Of a stretch of 64,000 bases of DNA, positions 31,838-41,624 are shown in pieces; position 1 is the stretch's first letter, and each line of letters starts with the position of its first letter. The DNA is from Ostreococcus lucimarinus (taxonomy: Eukaryota), in assembly GCA_000092065.1 (NCBI GenBank), contig CP000593.1; one strand, given 5' to 3'. Both the position numbers and the translations under genes were made by a program. The notes under the pieces are model-generated. The model was not told where the DNA came from. It saw only the letters and a program-made list of their open reading frames with translations, and searched no databases.

Positions 31838-33571
31838 TCACCGAATGCTCGTGCGCGCGAGCGTGCTGACGGTGTTGTCGCCGGCGCCCGAGACGGGGGA
31901 CTTCATGCCGGGGAAGACGTTCCAAAAGCGCAACGTCTCGTCGCCGGCGCCGGTGACGATGGTTTGGCCGTCGGGAGAAATGGCGAGAAAGAGCACGCGG
32001 AGGGTGTGGCCCGTGAGCGTGGTGAGCTTGGACATACTCGGATAACGCCAGACGACGATTTGATTTTGGCTGTAGCCGTGCGTGCTGACGATCTCGTTCA
32101 CGTTCTTGCTCCAAACCAAGTTGCACACCTGCGAACCGGTGTCGACGCACTGCAACGGCGTGTTGGTGACGGTGTTCCAAAACCGAATGCATCGGTCGGC
32201 GGTACCGCCGCCGCTGGCGAGTAAGCCGTGTTGATGTGGAGACCACGCGATGGCCTTGACCGCGGCGGTGTGCTCGCTGCATCGCAAGATTGGTGACGTC
32301 GAGTGCGAATTCCACACGAAGAGTTGATTGTCGTTGCCGCCGCTCGCGAGCTGTTGGTCGTCGTAAGACCACTTCAATCCGCACACCTCGCTCTTATGCC
32401 CGAGAAGCTTGCTAGAGTAATCGCTCGGTGATCGAATGTCGCGATTCAAGATGGCGCGATCGCGACTCCCGCTCGAGAGCGTGTGCGAGTTCCACGCCAA
32501 CGTCCCGGCGCGACTGCGGTGCCCGAGCATCGCTCGCGTCTTTTTGCACTTGGCCACGTCCCATATCTGCACCTCGCCGCTGTTCGTGCCGACGCCCAAA
32601 TACGTCCCACGCTGCGTCCACGCCACAGAGGCGACGGAATCGTTAGGAGCGAGCTCACACAGCTTGGTCACCTTGCTAGTGCACGCGCTCCACAGGTAGA
32701 CGCACGTTCCCAAACCGACGGCTAACACGTTGCTCGAACTCCAATCGACGAGGTTGAGGTAGAAATCGTCCTGCAACGCCGGCGCGTCGAGTACTTTGAA
32801 CGGACTACGCGCGATCTTTCGCGGCGCGCGGCGGCGCGGCGATAAAAGCGTCATGCCGAGCGGTCCGTCGCCGTCGCCGACTGGATTCAACGCGTACGGC
32901 GATTCGCCTCGAGCGATCGTCCCGAACGAGCCATCGTCGCGAAATTTGAACAAGTTCCTTCCGGGAGTGGAGTACGAGTACGACGATCCATCGATCGGCG
33001 TCGCCGGCGTCCGCGGTCGGTACCTCGCCGCGCTCGGCGTCGCCGGCGGCGTCACGCCGTACGCCTCGGGCGGACACACGTCTCCGAGCAACTCGCTTCG
33101 CAACAACGCCCCGTACGCCGCGCTCGTATCCTCGCGCTCGTGCGCTCGCGCCGAACCACCATCACCCCTGTGCGCGCCCGCGCTATCAGCATCGCGATTC
33201 GCGTCCCCCTCCCGTCCCCGATCGGCGTCGCCGCGTCCGTCCCGACCGATTCGTCCGCCGCCGCCGCCGCTCGCGCCGCCGATCTCTTCACCCCTACCCC
33301 CTCCCGTCGCCCCGACCCCGACGCTCGCGCACGCCTCCAGCATACTAAAATCACCCCGAAATCCCGCGCTCGCGCTCCTCGACGGCACGTACCGATCGCT
33401 GTATCCCGCGTTCGCCCGTCCCGCGCTCGCGCCGCGTCCCGCGCTCGCCCGCCCCTCCCTCTCCGGCGTCCCCGGCGCGCTCCCATCGCGCGCGCCCGTC
33501 CCGCGTCGCGTCGAGTCCTCGAAAATCAATCGCCGCGCCACGTCCACGCCGCGATGCCCCCCGTTCGCCAT
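31838..33571 (-). CDS. CDC20: APC/C activator CDC20/Fizzy
   Basis: C-box DRYVPSR, seven WD40 repeats, C-terminal IR tail (...TSIR*); ORF start 33628 is TTG, first ATG is 33571. Confidence 0.9.
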   Translation of the reverse strand: MANGGHRGVDVARRLIFEDSTRRGTGARDGSAPGTPEREGRASAGRGASAGRANAGYSDRYVPSRSASAGFRGDFSMLEACASVGVGATGGGRGEEIGGASGGGGGRIGRDGRGDADRGREGDANRDADSAGAHRGDGGSARAHEREDTSAAYGALLRSELLGDVCPPEAYGVTPPATPSAARYRPRTPATPIDGSSYSYSTPGRNLFKFRDDGSFGTIARGESPYALNPVGDGDGPLGMTLLSPRRRAPRKIARSPFKVLDAPALQDDFYLNLVDWSSSNVLAVGLGTCVYLWSACTSKVTKLCELAPNDSVASVAWTQRGTYLGVGTNSGEVQIWDVAKCKKTRAMLGHRSRAGTLAWNSHTLSSGSRDRAILNRDIRSPSDYSSKLLGHKSEVCGLKWSYDDQQLASGGNDNQLFVWNSHSTSPILRCSEHTAAVKAIAWSPHQHGLLASGGGTADRCIRFWNTVTNTPLQCVDTGSQVCNLVWSKNVNEIVSTHGYSQNQIVVWRYPSMSKLTTLTGHTLRVLFLAISPDGQTIVTGAGDETLRFWNVFPGMKSPVSGAGDNTVSTLARTSIR

Positions 33572-33857
33572 CCCGCGCGCGCCGTCGCCGCGAATCAGCG
33601 TCGTCGTCCCGGCGCTCCCGAGACGCAATTCCCGTCCGTTTTCTCGCGCGTGGGACGTCGGCGCGCGCGTTTTCGGTTCGCGTCTCGGCGTCTCGGCGTT
33701 AAAGCGCGCGTCCGCTCGCGATCGGCGCGGTCGAGCGGTCGTCGTCGCGCGCGACGCGCGTCGCGGTGCGTCGGTCGTCGCGCGGTCGCGTCGCGCGGTC
33801 GTCGTAATCCGTGTGTGACGCCTTCCGACGACAGTGATACTAAGTCACGACACGCAG

Positions 33858-33971
33858 ACGACGCGCGCAAAGTCGTATTCACCGGGGCGAAACCGCGATC
33901 GCGACGCGTGCCGAATGTATACATAAACGCGAACGACGCGCGCAAAGTCGTATTCACCGGGGCGAAACCGC
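33858..33971. repeat. Two perfect 39-bp direct repeats (33858..33896, 33933..33971) in the CDC20/RRM-gene divergent intergenic region
   Basis: ACGACGCGCGCAAAGTCGTATTCACCGGGGCGAAACCGC occurs twice, separated by 36 bp. Confidence 0.95.
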
Positions 33972-34535
33972 CATGAACTTTCGACGCGCGACGTGACCTT
34001 TGGGCGCCACGCGCGCCCGGAGACGGCGCGCGCGCGTCGGCACGACGCGACGCTCGAGGACGCGGGAGACGCGCGATGTCGCCGCCGACGCCGCGCGACG
34101 TCGATCGCCCGTCCCCGCGCGCGCCCGCGCCGAGACGCGCGACGCGAGGCGACGACGACGCGGGAGACGACGGCGTCGCCGTCACGCGCGCGAATGCGAA
34201 AAATGAAAATGAAGCGAATGCGAATCGAACGGCGCGCGCGTCGACGACGCGCGAGGACGCGCGCGAGGCGAACGGGAACGATGGGAAAACCGCTCGAGAG
34301 CCGACGAGGGTGCGCGCGACGCGCGAACGGGCGATGCGATGGCGACGGGAGGGAAACATTCGGGAGATGGGCGATCTTTCAAACGGCTGGTGATTTTGAA
34401 AGATTTTTTAAACGCGAGGACGCGAAGACGCGAGGGCGATCGGGGCGCGGTGAAGGCGCGCGAGAGACTGACGAAGGCGCGAAACGTGGATTTTTAACGT
34501 CGCAGAGCGCGTCGTACGAGTCGAGCGAACGACCG

Positions 34536-36545
34536 ATGATGACGCCGTCGTACATGGAGTGGTATCGAGCGGCGATGGCGAACGGCGGCGTGGTGCCGGC
34601 GGCGGGGACGCCGTTGCAGGTGGTGTCTCAGCACGAGTTCGCGGTGCCGGTGGTGGTGCCGGTGAACTTAATGCCGGGTGGGGAGGGTATGTCACCGCCT
34701 GGGGTGGCGGATATGGGGTACGGGGGGTACGATCCGCACGCGATGGCGGCCGGTTCGTACGCGCCGGCGGGCGCGTACGGGGTGCCGCCGCCGATGATGA
34801 TGATGGGCGCGCCGGCGCCGCCGGGGGCGTACGGTGAGTACGCATACGCGGCGATGACGGCGGCGCAGCACGAGTATTACGCAGCCATGCATAACGCGCA
34901 TCATTACGACCACTACGGGTACGTGATGCCGCCTTACATGGGCGCGGGCTTTGTCCCTGGCGGTCGCGGATACGGCAGGCGATCGCCGGGAGGTCGCGGC
35001 GGTCGAGTGGGAGGTCGTGGCGGCCGAGGTCGCGGCGAGCAGTGGCGTAATGGTGTGCACGTGAACGGTGGTATCGTCGGTGGCCGCTTCTACGGCGCCA
35101 GTGGACGATATTTCGGCGATGGACGTGCGAACGAAAAGGCGGTGCCGTACACCGTCTTCGTCAAGGATGTGCCGGCGAGCGTGAGCGAACGCGAATTAGC
35201 GGATGTTTTCGCCTCGTGCGGCCGCATCATAGACTGTCGCATGTGCGGTGATGCGAACACACACAAGTTTAGCTACGCCTTTGTGGCGTTTGAGTGCGCC
35301 GAGGCGGTGGATCGGGCGTTATTGTTGGACAAGACGCCGCTCCACGGGAAAAACATCATGGTGAAGAAGAGCGACACCGCGGTGATCCCAGTGAACCCGT
35401 TACTGCTACCGCAGAATGAACGAGAGGTTGAATCGTGCGCGAGGACAATTTACGTCGCAAACGTCGACAAGACCGTGGACTCGCACGCGTTGAAGTTACT
35501 TTTCGAGGACCGCGCCGGCCCCGTCAACCGCTTGCATTTGCAAGTGAAGAACAACGCCGTGGCGAATGTAGCCTTCGTAGAGTTCGTCGACCTCGAAAGC
35601 GTGGGAACCGCGCTGCATTTGACGGGTGAACAGCTTGGAAACCGCATGATTCGCGTGAGTGCGTCAAAGACGCCGCTCCGTTTGCATCGACGAACGAATC
35701 ACGGATCCGCGGCTTCGACTTCGGGCGACTCGTCTGCCGAATCGCAGCGCGCAACCATGCCACCGTTCCCTTACCCGTACTCGACGTCCACCCGGACCAT
35801 CGGTGATGAACCGACGACGCCGGAGTCGCCGCCGTGCAAAGTTTACGTGAGGAACATTCCGAAAACTTTATCTCCAGGGAGTCTCAGGGCGATGTTTTCC
35901 GAATGTGGACAAGTGAGACACGTCGAGTTGCTCACCAACCCAAAGAGTAAGTTTCCGTACGCTTTCATAGACTTTGAGGACAACGAAGCGGTAAAGCGCG
36001 CGTTGGATTTAGACGGCAAAGAAGTGGATGATTGCCAGCTCAAAGTTGAGATCTCGCACAGCAAAAAGCGCGCCCTGACACGGCCATTGGATCCAGTAGC
36101 GCAAGAAAAGGCGGATCGCACGGTTTACGTGACGGATATCGACCCTGAGATCGAACCGACGCTCGTGCGCGACAAGTTTGAGGAGGAATGCGGTGAGGTG
36201 GCGTTATTCTGGTACAAGGCGTTCGAAAAGGGCGAGAAGCAAGCCATCGCCTTCATCGAGTTCGCTGAACTGAGCTCTGTGGGTAAGGCGTTGAAGCTGT
36301 GTCGGACGCACTTTTTGTGTGACTCGCGCTTGGTCAAGGTTCGACACTCCGTCACAGCGTTGACACCCAAAGAAGGTCATCCCGGGACGTGCCACACTCC
36401 TGAATTAGACAGCCCCGCGAGCTCGAGCGGTGATGAAGGTCCGGATGATCGCGAGAGCGTCGTGCGTAATTTATCGTCTCCGCTCGACGCCGAAATCGTC
36501 GCGGCGAAGGTTGAGAAGTTAGGCATGAAGAACGCCGCGGCGTAG
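34536..36545 (+). CDS. RNA-binding protein with four RRM domains and a Pro/Gly/Met/Tyr-rich N-terminal region
   Basis: Four RNP-type modules (e.g. YAFVAFE, VAFVEFV, YAFIDFE, IAFIEFA as RNP1-like). ORF 33993 opens with GTG and an Arg-rich stretch; ATG at 34536 is my preferred start, earlier ATGs not excluded. Confidence 0.7.
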   Translation: MMTPSYMEWYRAAMANGGVVPAAGTPLQVVSQHEFAVPVVVPVNLMPGGEGMSPPGVADMGYGGYDPHAMAAGSYAPAGAYGVPPPMMMMGAPAPPGAYGEYAYAAMTAAQHEYYAAMHNAHHYDHYGYVMPPYMGAGFVPGGRGYGRRSPGGRGGRVGGRGGRGRGEQWRNGVHVNGGIVGGRFYGASGRYFGDGRANEKAVPYTVFVKDVPASVSERELADVFASCGRIIDCRMCGDANTHKFSYAFVAFECAEAVDRALLLDKTPLHGKNIMVKKSDTAVIPVNPLLLPQNEREVESCARTIYVANVDKTVDSHALKLLFEDRAGPVNRLHLQVKNNAVANVAFVEFVDLESVGTALHLTGEQLGNRMIRVSASKTPLRLHRRTNHGSAASTSGDSSAESQRATMPPFPYPYSTSTRTIGDEPTTPESPPCKVYVRNIPKTLSPGSLRAMFSECGQVRHVELLTNPKSKFPYAFIDFEDNEAVKRALDLDGKEVDDCQLKVEISHSKKRALTRPLDPVAQEKADRTVYVTDIDPEIEPTLVRDKFEEECGEVALFWYKAFEKGEKQAIAFIEFAELSSVGKALKLCRTHFLCDSRLVKVRHSVTALTPKEGHPGTCHTPELDSPASSSGDEGPDDRESVVRNLSSPLDAEIVAAKVEKLGMKNAAA

Positions 36546-36601
36546 GGCACGACACCAGAGAATGTACATATAAACTAAGTGTGATATACTACTACAATAT
36601 T

Positions 36602-38011
36602 CTACTGCGCCTCGGCTATGCCGCGAACGATGCCGTTCGCGTGCGCCAAGCCGGTGACGATGACGCACGTGACGACTTCGTCGTCGTCTTCATCAATCCG
36701 CGGCGCTTGCGACGCCTCGACGCTCGCGCTCGCGAGTAAATACCCAGCCGGATGTGTCTCTAACGCGTGCACGTCGCACTCGTCCATTCCTTCGATCCAA
36801 ACCTCCAATTTCCGAGCCTTTGTCGTCGGGCGCTCGCCCTCCACCACGCGCGTCACTCGTGCGCGGCGCATGGAATCCTCAACGGCCACGGTTCCAGTAC
36901 GTCGAGCCGCATCGCCTAGAATCTCAAAGCAAGAACTACTCACGTAATGTCTCGCGCGCCCGAGTAAACACCCGAGCTCGGCGCCCACGAGGGATCCGCC
37001 ATTCGCTTCCGCGAGCGAGTCCATGAGCGCTAGCCAACGCGGCTCCCACAAGTTCAGCCTTCTCGTTTCGCCCCGTTTCAGCGGACGTTTCAGCGTGAAG
37101 CACGGCACCGCGCCAGCATCACTCGGGGTGAATGTTTGCATGCTCTTCTTCGTCGCCGACGGATCGGTGGAAAACCCAAATCGCACGCGGCGTACCCGCC
37201 CTCGAGCGATGCCCGAGCACACGTCGACGGCGTTCAACGCGTTGGCGCACAACACCTCGTCTCTTTCCATCCACAGCGTCTCCACGAGCGGGCAAAATAA
37301 TAAAAGCGCAAGGAACACGCCGACTGCGTCCACGAGACCGTTCTCCGCTCCGTTCGGCATCGCCAAGCTCGCCAACGTCGCCGCGACGAACGCCGCCGCC
37401 GGTCCCGCGAGCGGCGTCAGATTTCTCGGCTCGTCCATGAGAGCTCTCGCCACGTCCGCCGCGGCGAGCGCGCCATCGCTCGAAACACCCACGGATCCAC
37501 CATCCCACGCGTTTTTCACGTACGCCAACACCGTTTTCCACCGTTCGATCGCGAAAGGGTTCGTCCCGAACGCGCGAGCCGCCAACGCCTCGCCTATACC
37601 TCTCGCCCGCACGTCCCCGTACACCGTCAGCGCGTCCTCGCGCTCTGATTCGATGATACCGGTCAACAAATCGCTCCCGTATTCGGAATCGTCGATCACG
37701 CGCGCGCGTTCGACGAAGCTCGCGACGAGGGCGTCGGCGCGCTCTTGGTCGAGCTCGAGCACCACAGCCTGCGGTTTCGCGCGTCGTATGACCCGTCGAA
37801 CGTCTGCCGCCGCCGCCGCGCTCGCGTGGGAGGTACCGACGACGTAGAATTCGCACTGCGTCGCGCGGGAGGGTCGAGAGACGTCGAGTTTGAGGCTTTT
37901 TGAGACGAATCCCGTGCCGGGAGGGAGCCAGGTCGGGACGGCGGCGCCCGACGACGACGACGACGACGACGGGACGTCCGGGACGACGACGCGCACGCAC
38001 GCGGCGCGCAT
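36602..38011 (-). CDS. TraB-family protein with C-terminal Lon-N (LON substrate-binding)-like domain
   Basis: FYVVGTSHAS...AVVLELDQERA is the TraB signature. The C-terminal 150 aa carry RRLNLWEPRWLALMDSL, resembling the Lon N-terminal/PUA-like fold. Confidence 0.65.
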   Translation of the reverse strand: MRAACVRVVVPDVPSSSSSSSGAAVPTWLPPGTGFVSKSLKLDVSRPSRATQCEFYVVGTSHASAAAAADVRRVIRRAKPQAVVLELDQERADALVASFVERARVIDDSEYGSDLLTGIIESEREDALTVYGDVRARGIGEALAARAFGTNPFAIERWKTVLAYVKNAWDGGSVGVSSDGALAAADVARALMDEPRNLTPLAGPAAAFVAATLASLAMPNGAENGLVDAVGVFLALLLFCPLVETLWMERDEVLCANALNAVDVCSGIARGRVRRVRFGFSTDPSATKKSMQTFTPSDAGAVPCFTLKRPLKRGETRRLNLWEPRWLALMDSLAEANGGSLVGAELGCLLGRARHYVSSSCFEILGDAARRTGTVAVEDSMRRARVTRVVEGERPTTKARKLEVWIEGMDECDVHALETHPAGYLLASASVEASQAPRIDEDDDEVVTCVIVTGLAHANGIVRGIAEAQ

Positions 38012-38176
38012 GGCGATCGACGCCGACGTCGGGCGCCTCGCGCGCGTCGCGACGTGAAGTTTGGGTCGGTTCTCTGTGTGTGACGTAGCAATTTGTCTAT
38101 TCTACCCGACGGGAGGGACGACGACGACGACGCGGGCGGCCTACCTCGCTTCACCGCGGCCGCGATCGCGCGGCTT

Positions 38177-41100
38177 TCACTTTTCCATCCTTGCCGCTCG
38201 TTTCTTTTTAGCCTTCTCTTCCTCTCGAGCGAGTTTCAACGACCTGGACGCGACGAAGCCTTCAAACGTCAAATCGCCCGTCTTCGCGATCGCCTCCTCG
38301 TCCGAATCGATGTCGTCGTCGGTGTCGTCTTGCGCGAGGATTTGCCTGCCATCGCGCCACTTTAACGTGGACTTTCGGTTGTCGATGCCGATGATCTTGG
38401 CCGTGACGTCGCGGCGAGTCTCGTCTTCTTCTTCTGACGAATATTCGGCCGTTTGCAAACGGTCGCCGGTGTCGGTGTCAAACAGCTCTCGACTTTGATC
38501 GTGGACGTTGCGAGCGACGAAAACATCGCTCCAAAATTGACGCCACACCGCATCGCCGGAGAGCGTACACGTGCGCTTATTGATGATGATCATCGCTTGC
38601 AAGATGAAACCGTATCGCTCGTCGATGGTGACGTTAATCTTCGGGGGCGTTCCTTTCCACTTTTTGACGTCGATGGGCTCGGTCCAGCCGTATTTCACCA
38701 CGCGACGGTTGTTCTCCTCCTTAAAAGCCGTCGACTCCACGTTGCGCGTCGCGATGAATCGCCGCCATCGCGACAAATGAATGGGTTTATTGAGTGTGAG
38801 CTTTTTCGTCTCCACGCTGCAATGCATGTAGGCCAAGTAGCGCATCAAATAAACAATTCCACCGCCCAACGCCGACCACGCGAGCATGTTCAAGATGAAC
38901 CAAACCGCGGGAACATTCACTATGTACGGCTGCACCGCTTCGACGGCCCATCGAATCTCGGTGAACGAAAGGTATTGCCCCGTGAATCGATCGAGAATGT
39001 CAAACGCGAGCGTCCCCGACAAAATCACTTGCGTCACCTCGAGCGTGGTGCTGTTGCGCGCCTGCGCTCGGAAAGCATCCTCTAAGTTTTTCGTCGTCCC
39101 TTCTATCGCCTCGTTGATGCGGAGCTTTCTTCGTGAGCCGATGACGGCGTTCATTTCTCGCAGAGACTCGAGATCGTTGACGCACGCCGCGATGACTTTT
39201 TCCAAGTCAACGGCGCGTCTTTGCAAGCGTTTCCACGACGGTTCCAACTGAAACAAGTCGTACAACACTTGCGACGCGCCGTCGCTCATATCCGCGCTCA
39301 ACTTTTCACGAGACGTGTCGACGTTTTCGAGCGACTCGAGCACGAACTGCTGAGTGGCGCTCAAGATCGTCACCGTCGTCGTGTGATCGGCGAGGCGCGA
39401 ACGAATGCGCGTTACGTTCGTCGGATCGATCTGATAGGTTTCAATCAACGCTCGCGTCTTCTTCAACTCGTCGTTCAGCGCGAAACAACTGCTGAAGACA
39501 CTTTTGATGAACAACGAGCGAGCTTGGAACGCTGAATATGTCGCGAGAAGCTTGTGATGACGTTCGGTGCGCGGACCAAAGACGACGACACCGCGTGAAC
39601 CAAAGACGATGACTTCTTGTTCGTTCAGGTCGTACGCGTAAAACGTCGCGCCGATGACTTGCTTGAGCTCGTTTTCGTTATCTTCACCATCCATGTACGC
39701 CGCGGCTTTCAGTTTTGGCGTCGCGCGCTCGGCGATGATGCACGTAAACTTGTCGCGATTGTCCGGCTCGCCCTTGTATGTGATGTTCAACATGGAGCGC
39801 TGACGCTCGGAAAATAAATTTCCCACCAGCGAGCTCGTGTCTTCGTGGACGTCGGAAAGTAAGCGCGCGAGTAAATCGACGCTGATATCGTTTCGAATTC
39901 GATCGGCGATGCCGTTGACGACGATGCCGTAAGTGATGGCGCCGTTTTCCCGAAAGTTGATGCCGAAAACCTCGATTTGCTGCTGCACCAAGTTACTCTT
40001 GGGCGCCCCGGTGGCGAGCAAGTCTGCCTCGACGTTTACGAATCGCGTTTCGTCGACGTCGAGGACTTTTAGCTCGGTTTTATTGTCGGCGTTGATCCCG
40101 ACCACCATGTTGAATTCGTCCTGCGTCGCGCTCGCTTCCGCGGTGAACATACCGCCCGCGACGCGGTCTCCCGTGCCGAGTTTTCTACAGAAAGAAACCA
40201 TTTCGTTCGATCCCATCGGCACGTATTCGGTGACGATGATTTTCACCGAGTCGAGCAAGATACTTTCACTCAGGCGCGGGTCGCGAATATCGCGACTACT
40301 TTGAACGGCGCCGCCGAGCACGCGTTTTGCCTTTTTGTGCCCGTTCAACGCGTTCGGTGTGAACGCATCGGAGCTCAGCATGTGCGGAGGGATGTACGGA
40401 GACGAGACGTACGGCACGTCTTCGACGTCCGTGATGGTGGAGCGGATGCGGACCCCGATCGAGGGGACGGTGAGGAAAAAATCCGAGGACTCGCGGTCGT
40501 ACCGCACCTCGAGGAGGTGACCAGCTTCGTGCACCAACGAATCTACCGACTGGCGCATCGCGCTCGTGAACCGTCCCGAGGCCGTCATCCTCTGCAAGAA
40601 TTCGCTCCCCTTCTTGGAAATCTTCAACAACGTCGAGTGATCGTACGTCTCGCTCGTCACCTTGAGCGCCGTGATGAAACCAAGCTCACGCAAATCGTCT
40701 AAATCGTCTCGTCCCTCTTCCGAGACGTTCAAATACCTCGGACACGCTCCAAATATCTTTTCTGATTTTGGCGCGTAATCGTAATCGAACACCGCGTTTC
40801 GCACGATGCCCTCGTACACGAGCACCAGGAGCGGCAGCTCGCGAATCCAGGGAGAACGTTTGTTGTTGTTGTTGTTGGAAACCGCAGACTTCGACTTCGA
40901 CTGTTTCTGAGACGCGTCGGTGTACAAACTCAGCATGTACAACAATTTCAACGCCTCGGGCGATTCCTCCATCTCCCGCTCGCGCGACTCGACTTCCCGC
41001 CGACGCCGAGTCGTGGACGAGGCGGAAGTGCTCGAGTCGGCGTCTGAAGCGCTCGAGTCCCGGGCGTCCCGGGCGTAGTGCGAAGAATCATCGTCATCAT

Positions 41101-41227
41101 CGTCATCGTCGACGCGAATCGTTGCGTCCGAATCCGAATCGTAGCCCTGCGGCGCCCCGCATTCCGCGCACGTCGCCGCGCCGCCGCGCACGACGGCCCG
41201 GCACGTCGCGCACCGCGTCGAATCCAT
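38177..41227 (-). CDS. Large conserved-looking hypothetical protein (1016 aa): N-terminal zinc-ribbon, acidic tract, two predicted TM helices near the C-terminal third
   Basis: Uninterrupted ORF with normal composition. CATCRAVV...CAECGAP is a C-x2-C...C-x2-C pattern; hydrophobic stretch VPAVWFILNMLAWSALGGGIVYLMRYLAYM. GTG at 41236, first ATG is 41227. Confidence 0.7.
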   Translation of the reverse strand: MDSTRCATCRAVVRGGAATCAECGAPQGYDSDSDATIRVDDDDDDDDSSHYARDARDSSASDADSSTSASSTTRRRREVESREREMEESPEALKLLYMLSLYTDASQKQSKSKSAVSNNNNNKRSPWIRELPLLVLVYEGIVRNAVFDYDYAPKSEKIFGACPRYLNVSEEGRDDLDDLRELGFITALKVTSETYDHSTLLKISKKGSEFLQRMTASGRFTSAMRQSVDSLVHEAGHLLEVRYDRESSDFFLTVPSIGVRIRSTITDVEDVPYVSSPYIPPHMLSSDAFTPNALNGHKKAKRVLGGAVQSSRDIRDPRLSESILLDSVKIIVTEYVPMGSNEMVSFCRKLGTGDRVAGGMFTAEASATQDEFNMVVGINADNKTELKVLDVDETRFVNVEADLLATGAPKSNLVQQQIEVFGINFRENGAITYGIVVNGIADRIRNDISVDLLARLLSDVHEDTSSLVGNLFSERQRSMLNITYKGEPDNRDKFTCIIAERATPKLKAAAYMDGEDNENELKQVIGATFYAYDLNEQEVIVFGSRGVVVFGPRTERHHKLLATYSAFQARSLFIKSVFSSCFALNDELKKTRALIETYQIDPTNVTRIRSRLADHTTTVTILSATQQFVLESLENVDTSREKLSADMSDGASQVLYDLFQLEPSWKRLQRRAVDLEKVIAACVNDLESLREMNAVIGSRRKLRINEAIEGTTKNLEDAFRAQARNSTTLEVTQVILSGTLAFDILDRFTGQYLSFTEIRWAVEAVQPYIVNVPAVWFILNMLAWSALGGGIVYLMRYLAYMHCSVETKKLTLNKPIHLSRWRRFIATRNVESTAFKEENNRRVVKYGWTEPIDVKKWKGTPPKINVTIDERYGFILQAMIIINKRTCTLSGDAVWRQFWSDVFVARNVHDQSRELFDTDTGDRLQTAEYSSEEEDETRRDVTAKIIGIDNRKSTLKWRDGRQILAQDDTDDDIDSDEEAIAKTGDLTFEGFVASRSLKLAREEEKAKKKRAARMEK

Positions 41228-41483
41228 CGTATCCACCGATGGATTCGACCGCGGAGTGACGACGAACGAACGAACGCGCGAAAACCACCGACGTCCTCGC
41301 CCGAGCCCTCAACCTGTAACATTCGCGATCGCGGATCGACGGCGTCAAGCCGCGAAGATCTGTCGCAAACCCACCATCGAGCGACGTATAATACCAATTA
41401 TTCGTCCACCTCGCCGAGTTAAGCCTCGAAATAAAGAGCATGGGCAGTCGAATGTCCGCGATGTTGTGCGTATGCATAAACAG

Positions 41484-41597
41484 TCTTCCTTAACTCAGCT
41501 GGTAGAGTGTCAGACTGTTAGGAAAAAGTCTCCGTCGAATATGACGGCTGCTCCGATAGAGATCTGGAAGCCGCGGGATCGAAACCCGCAGGAAGAG
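41484..41597 (+). tRNA. trnN(GUU): tRNA-Asn (anticodon GUU, 41517..41519) with 41-nt intron (41521..41561)
   Basis: Hand-folded cloverleaf. Acceptor TCTTCCT/AGGAAGA (7 bp), D-stem ACTC/GAGT with AGCTGGTA loop. Anticodon stem TCAGA/TCTGG, loop CTGTTA|intron|A. T-stem GCGGG/CCCGC with loop ATCGAAA, discriminator G. Intron at the canonical 37/38 position and pairs with the anticodon region (AGTCT:AGACT). Confidence 0.8.
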
Positions 41598-41599
41598 AT

Positions 41600-41609
41600 G
41601 TGTCGACAT
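41600..41609. promoter_or_regulatory. ZDRE-type palindrome GTGTCGACAT directly 3' of the tRNA
   Basis: Perfect match to RTGTCGACAY, 2 nt after the discriminator base; lies inside the 223-bp repeat. Confidence 0.4.
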
Positions 41610-41619
41610 CAAACCTTAC

Positions 41620-41624
41620 TTTTT
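41620..41624 (+). terminator. Probable RNA polymerase III terminator (T5 run)
   Basis: TTTTT located 23 nt downstream of the tRNA 3' end. Confidence 0.5.
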
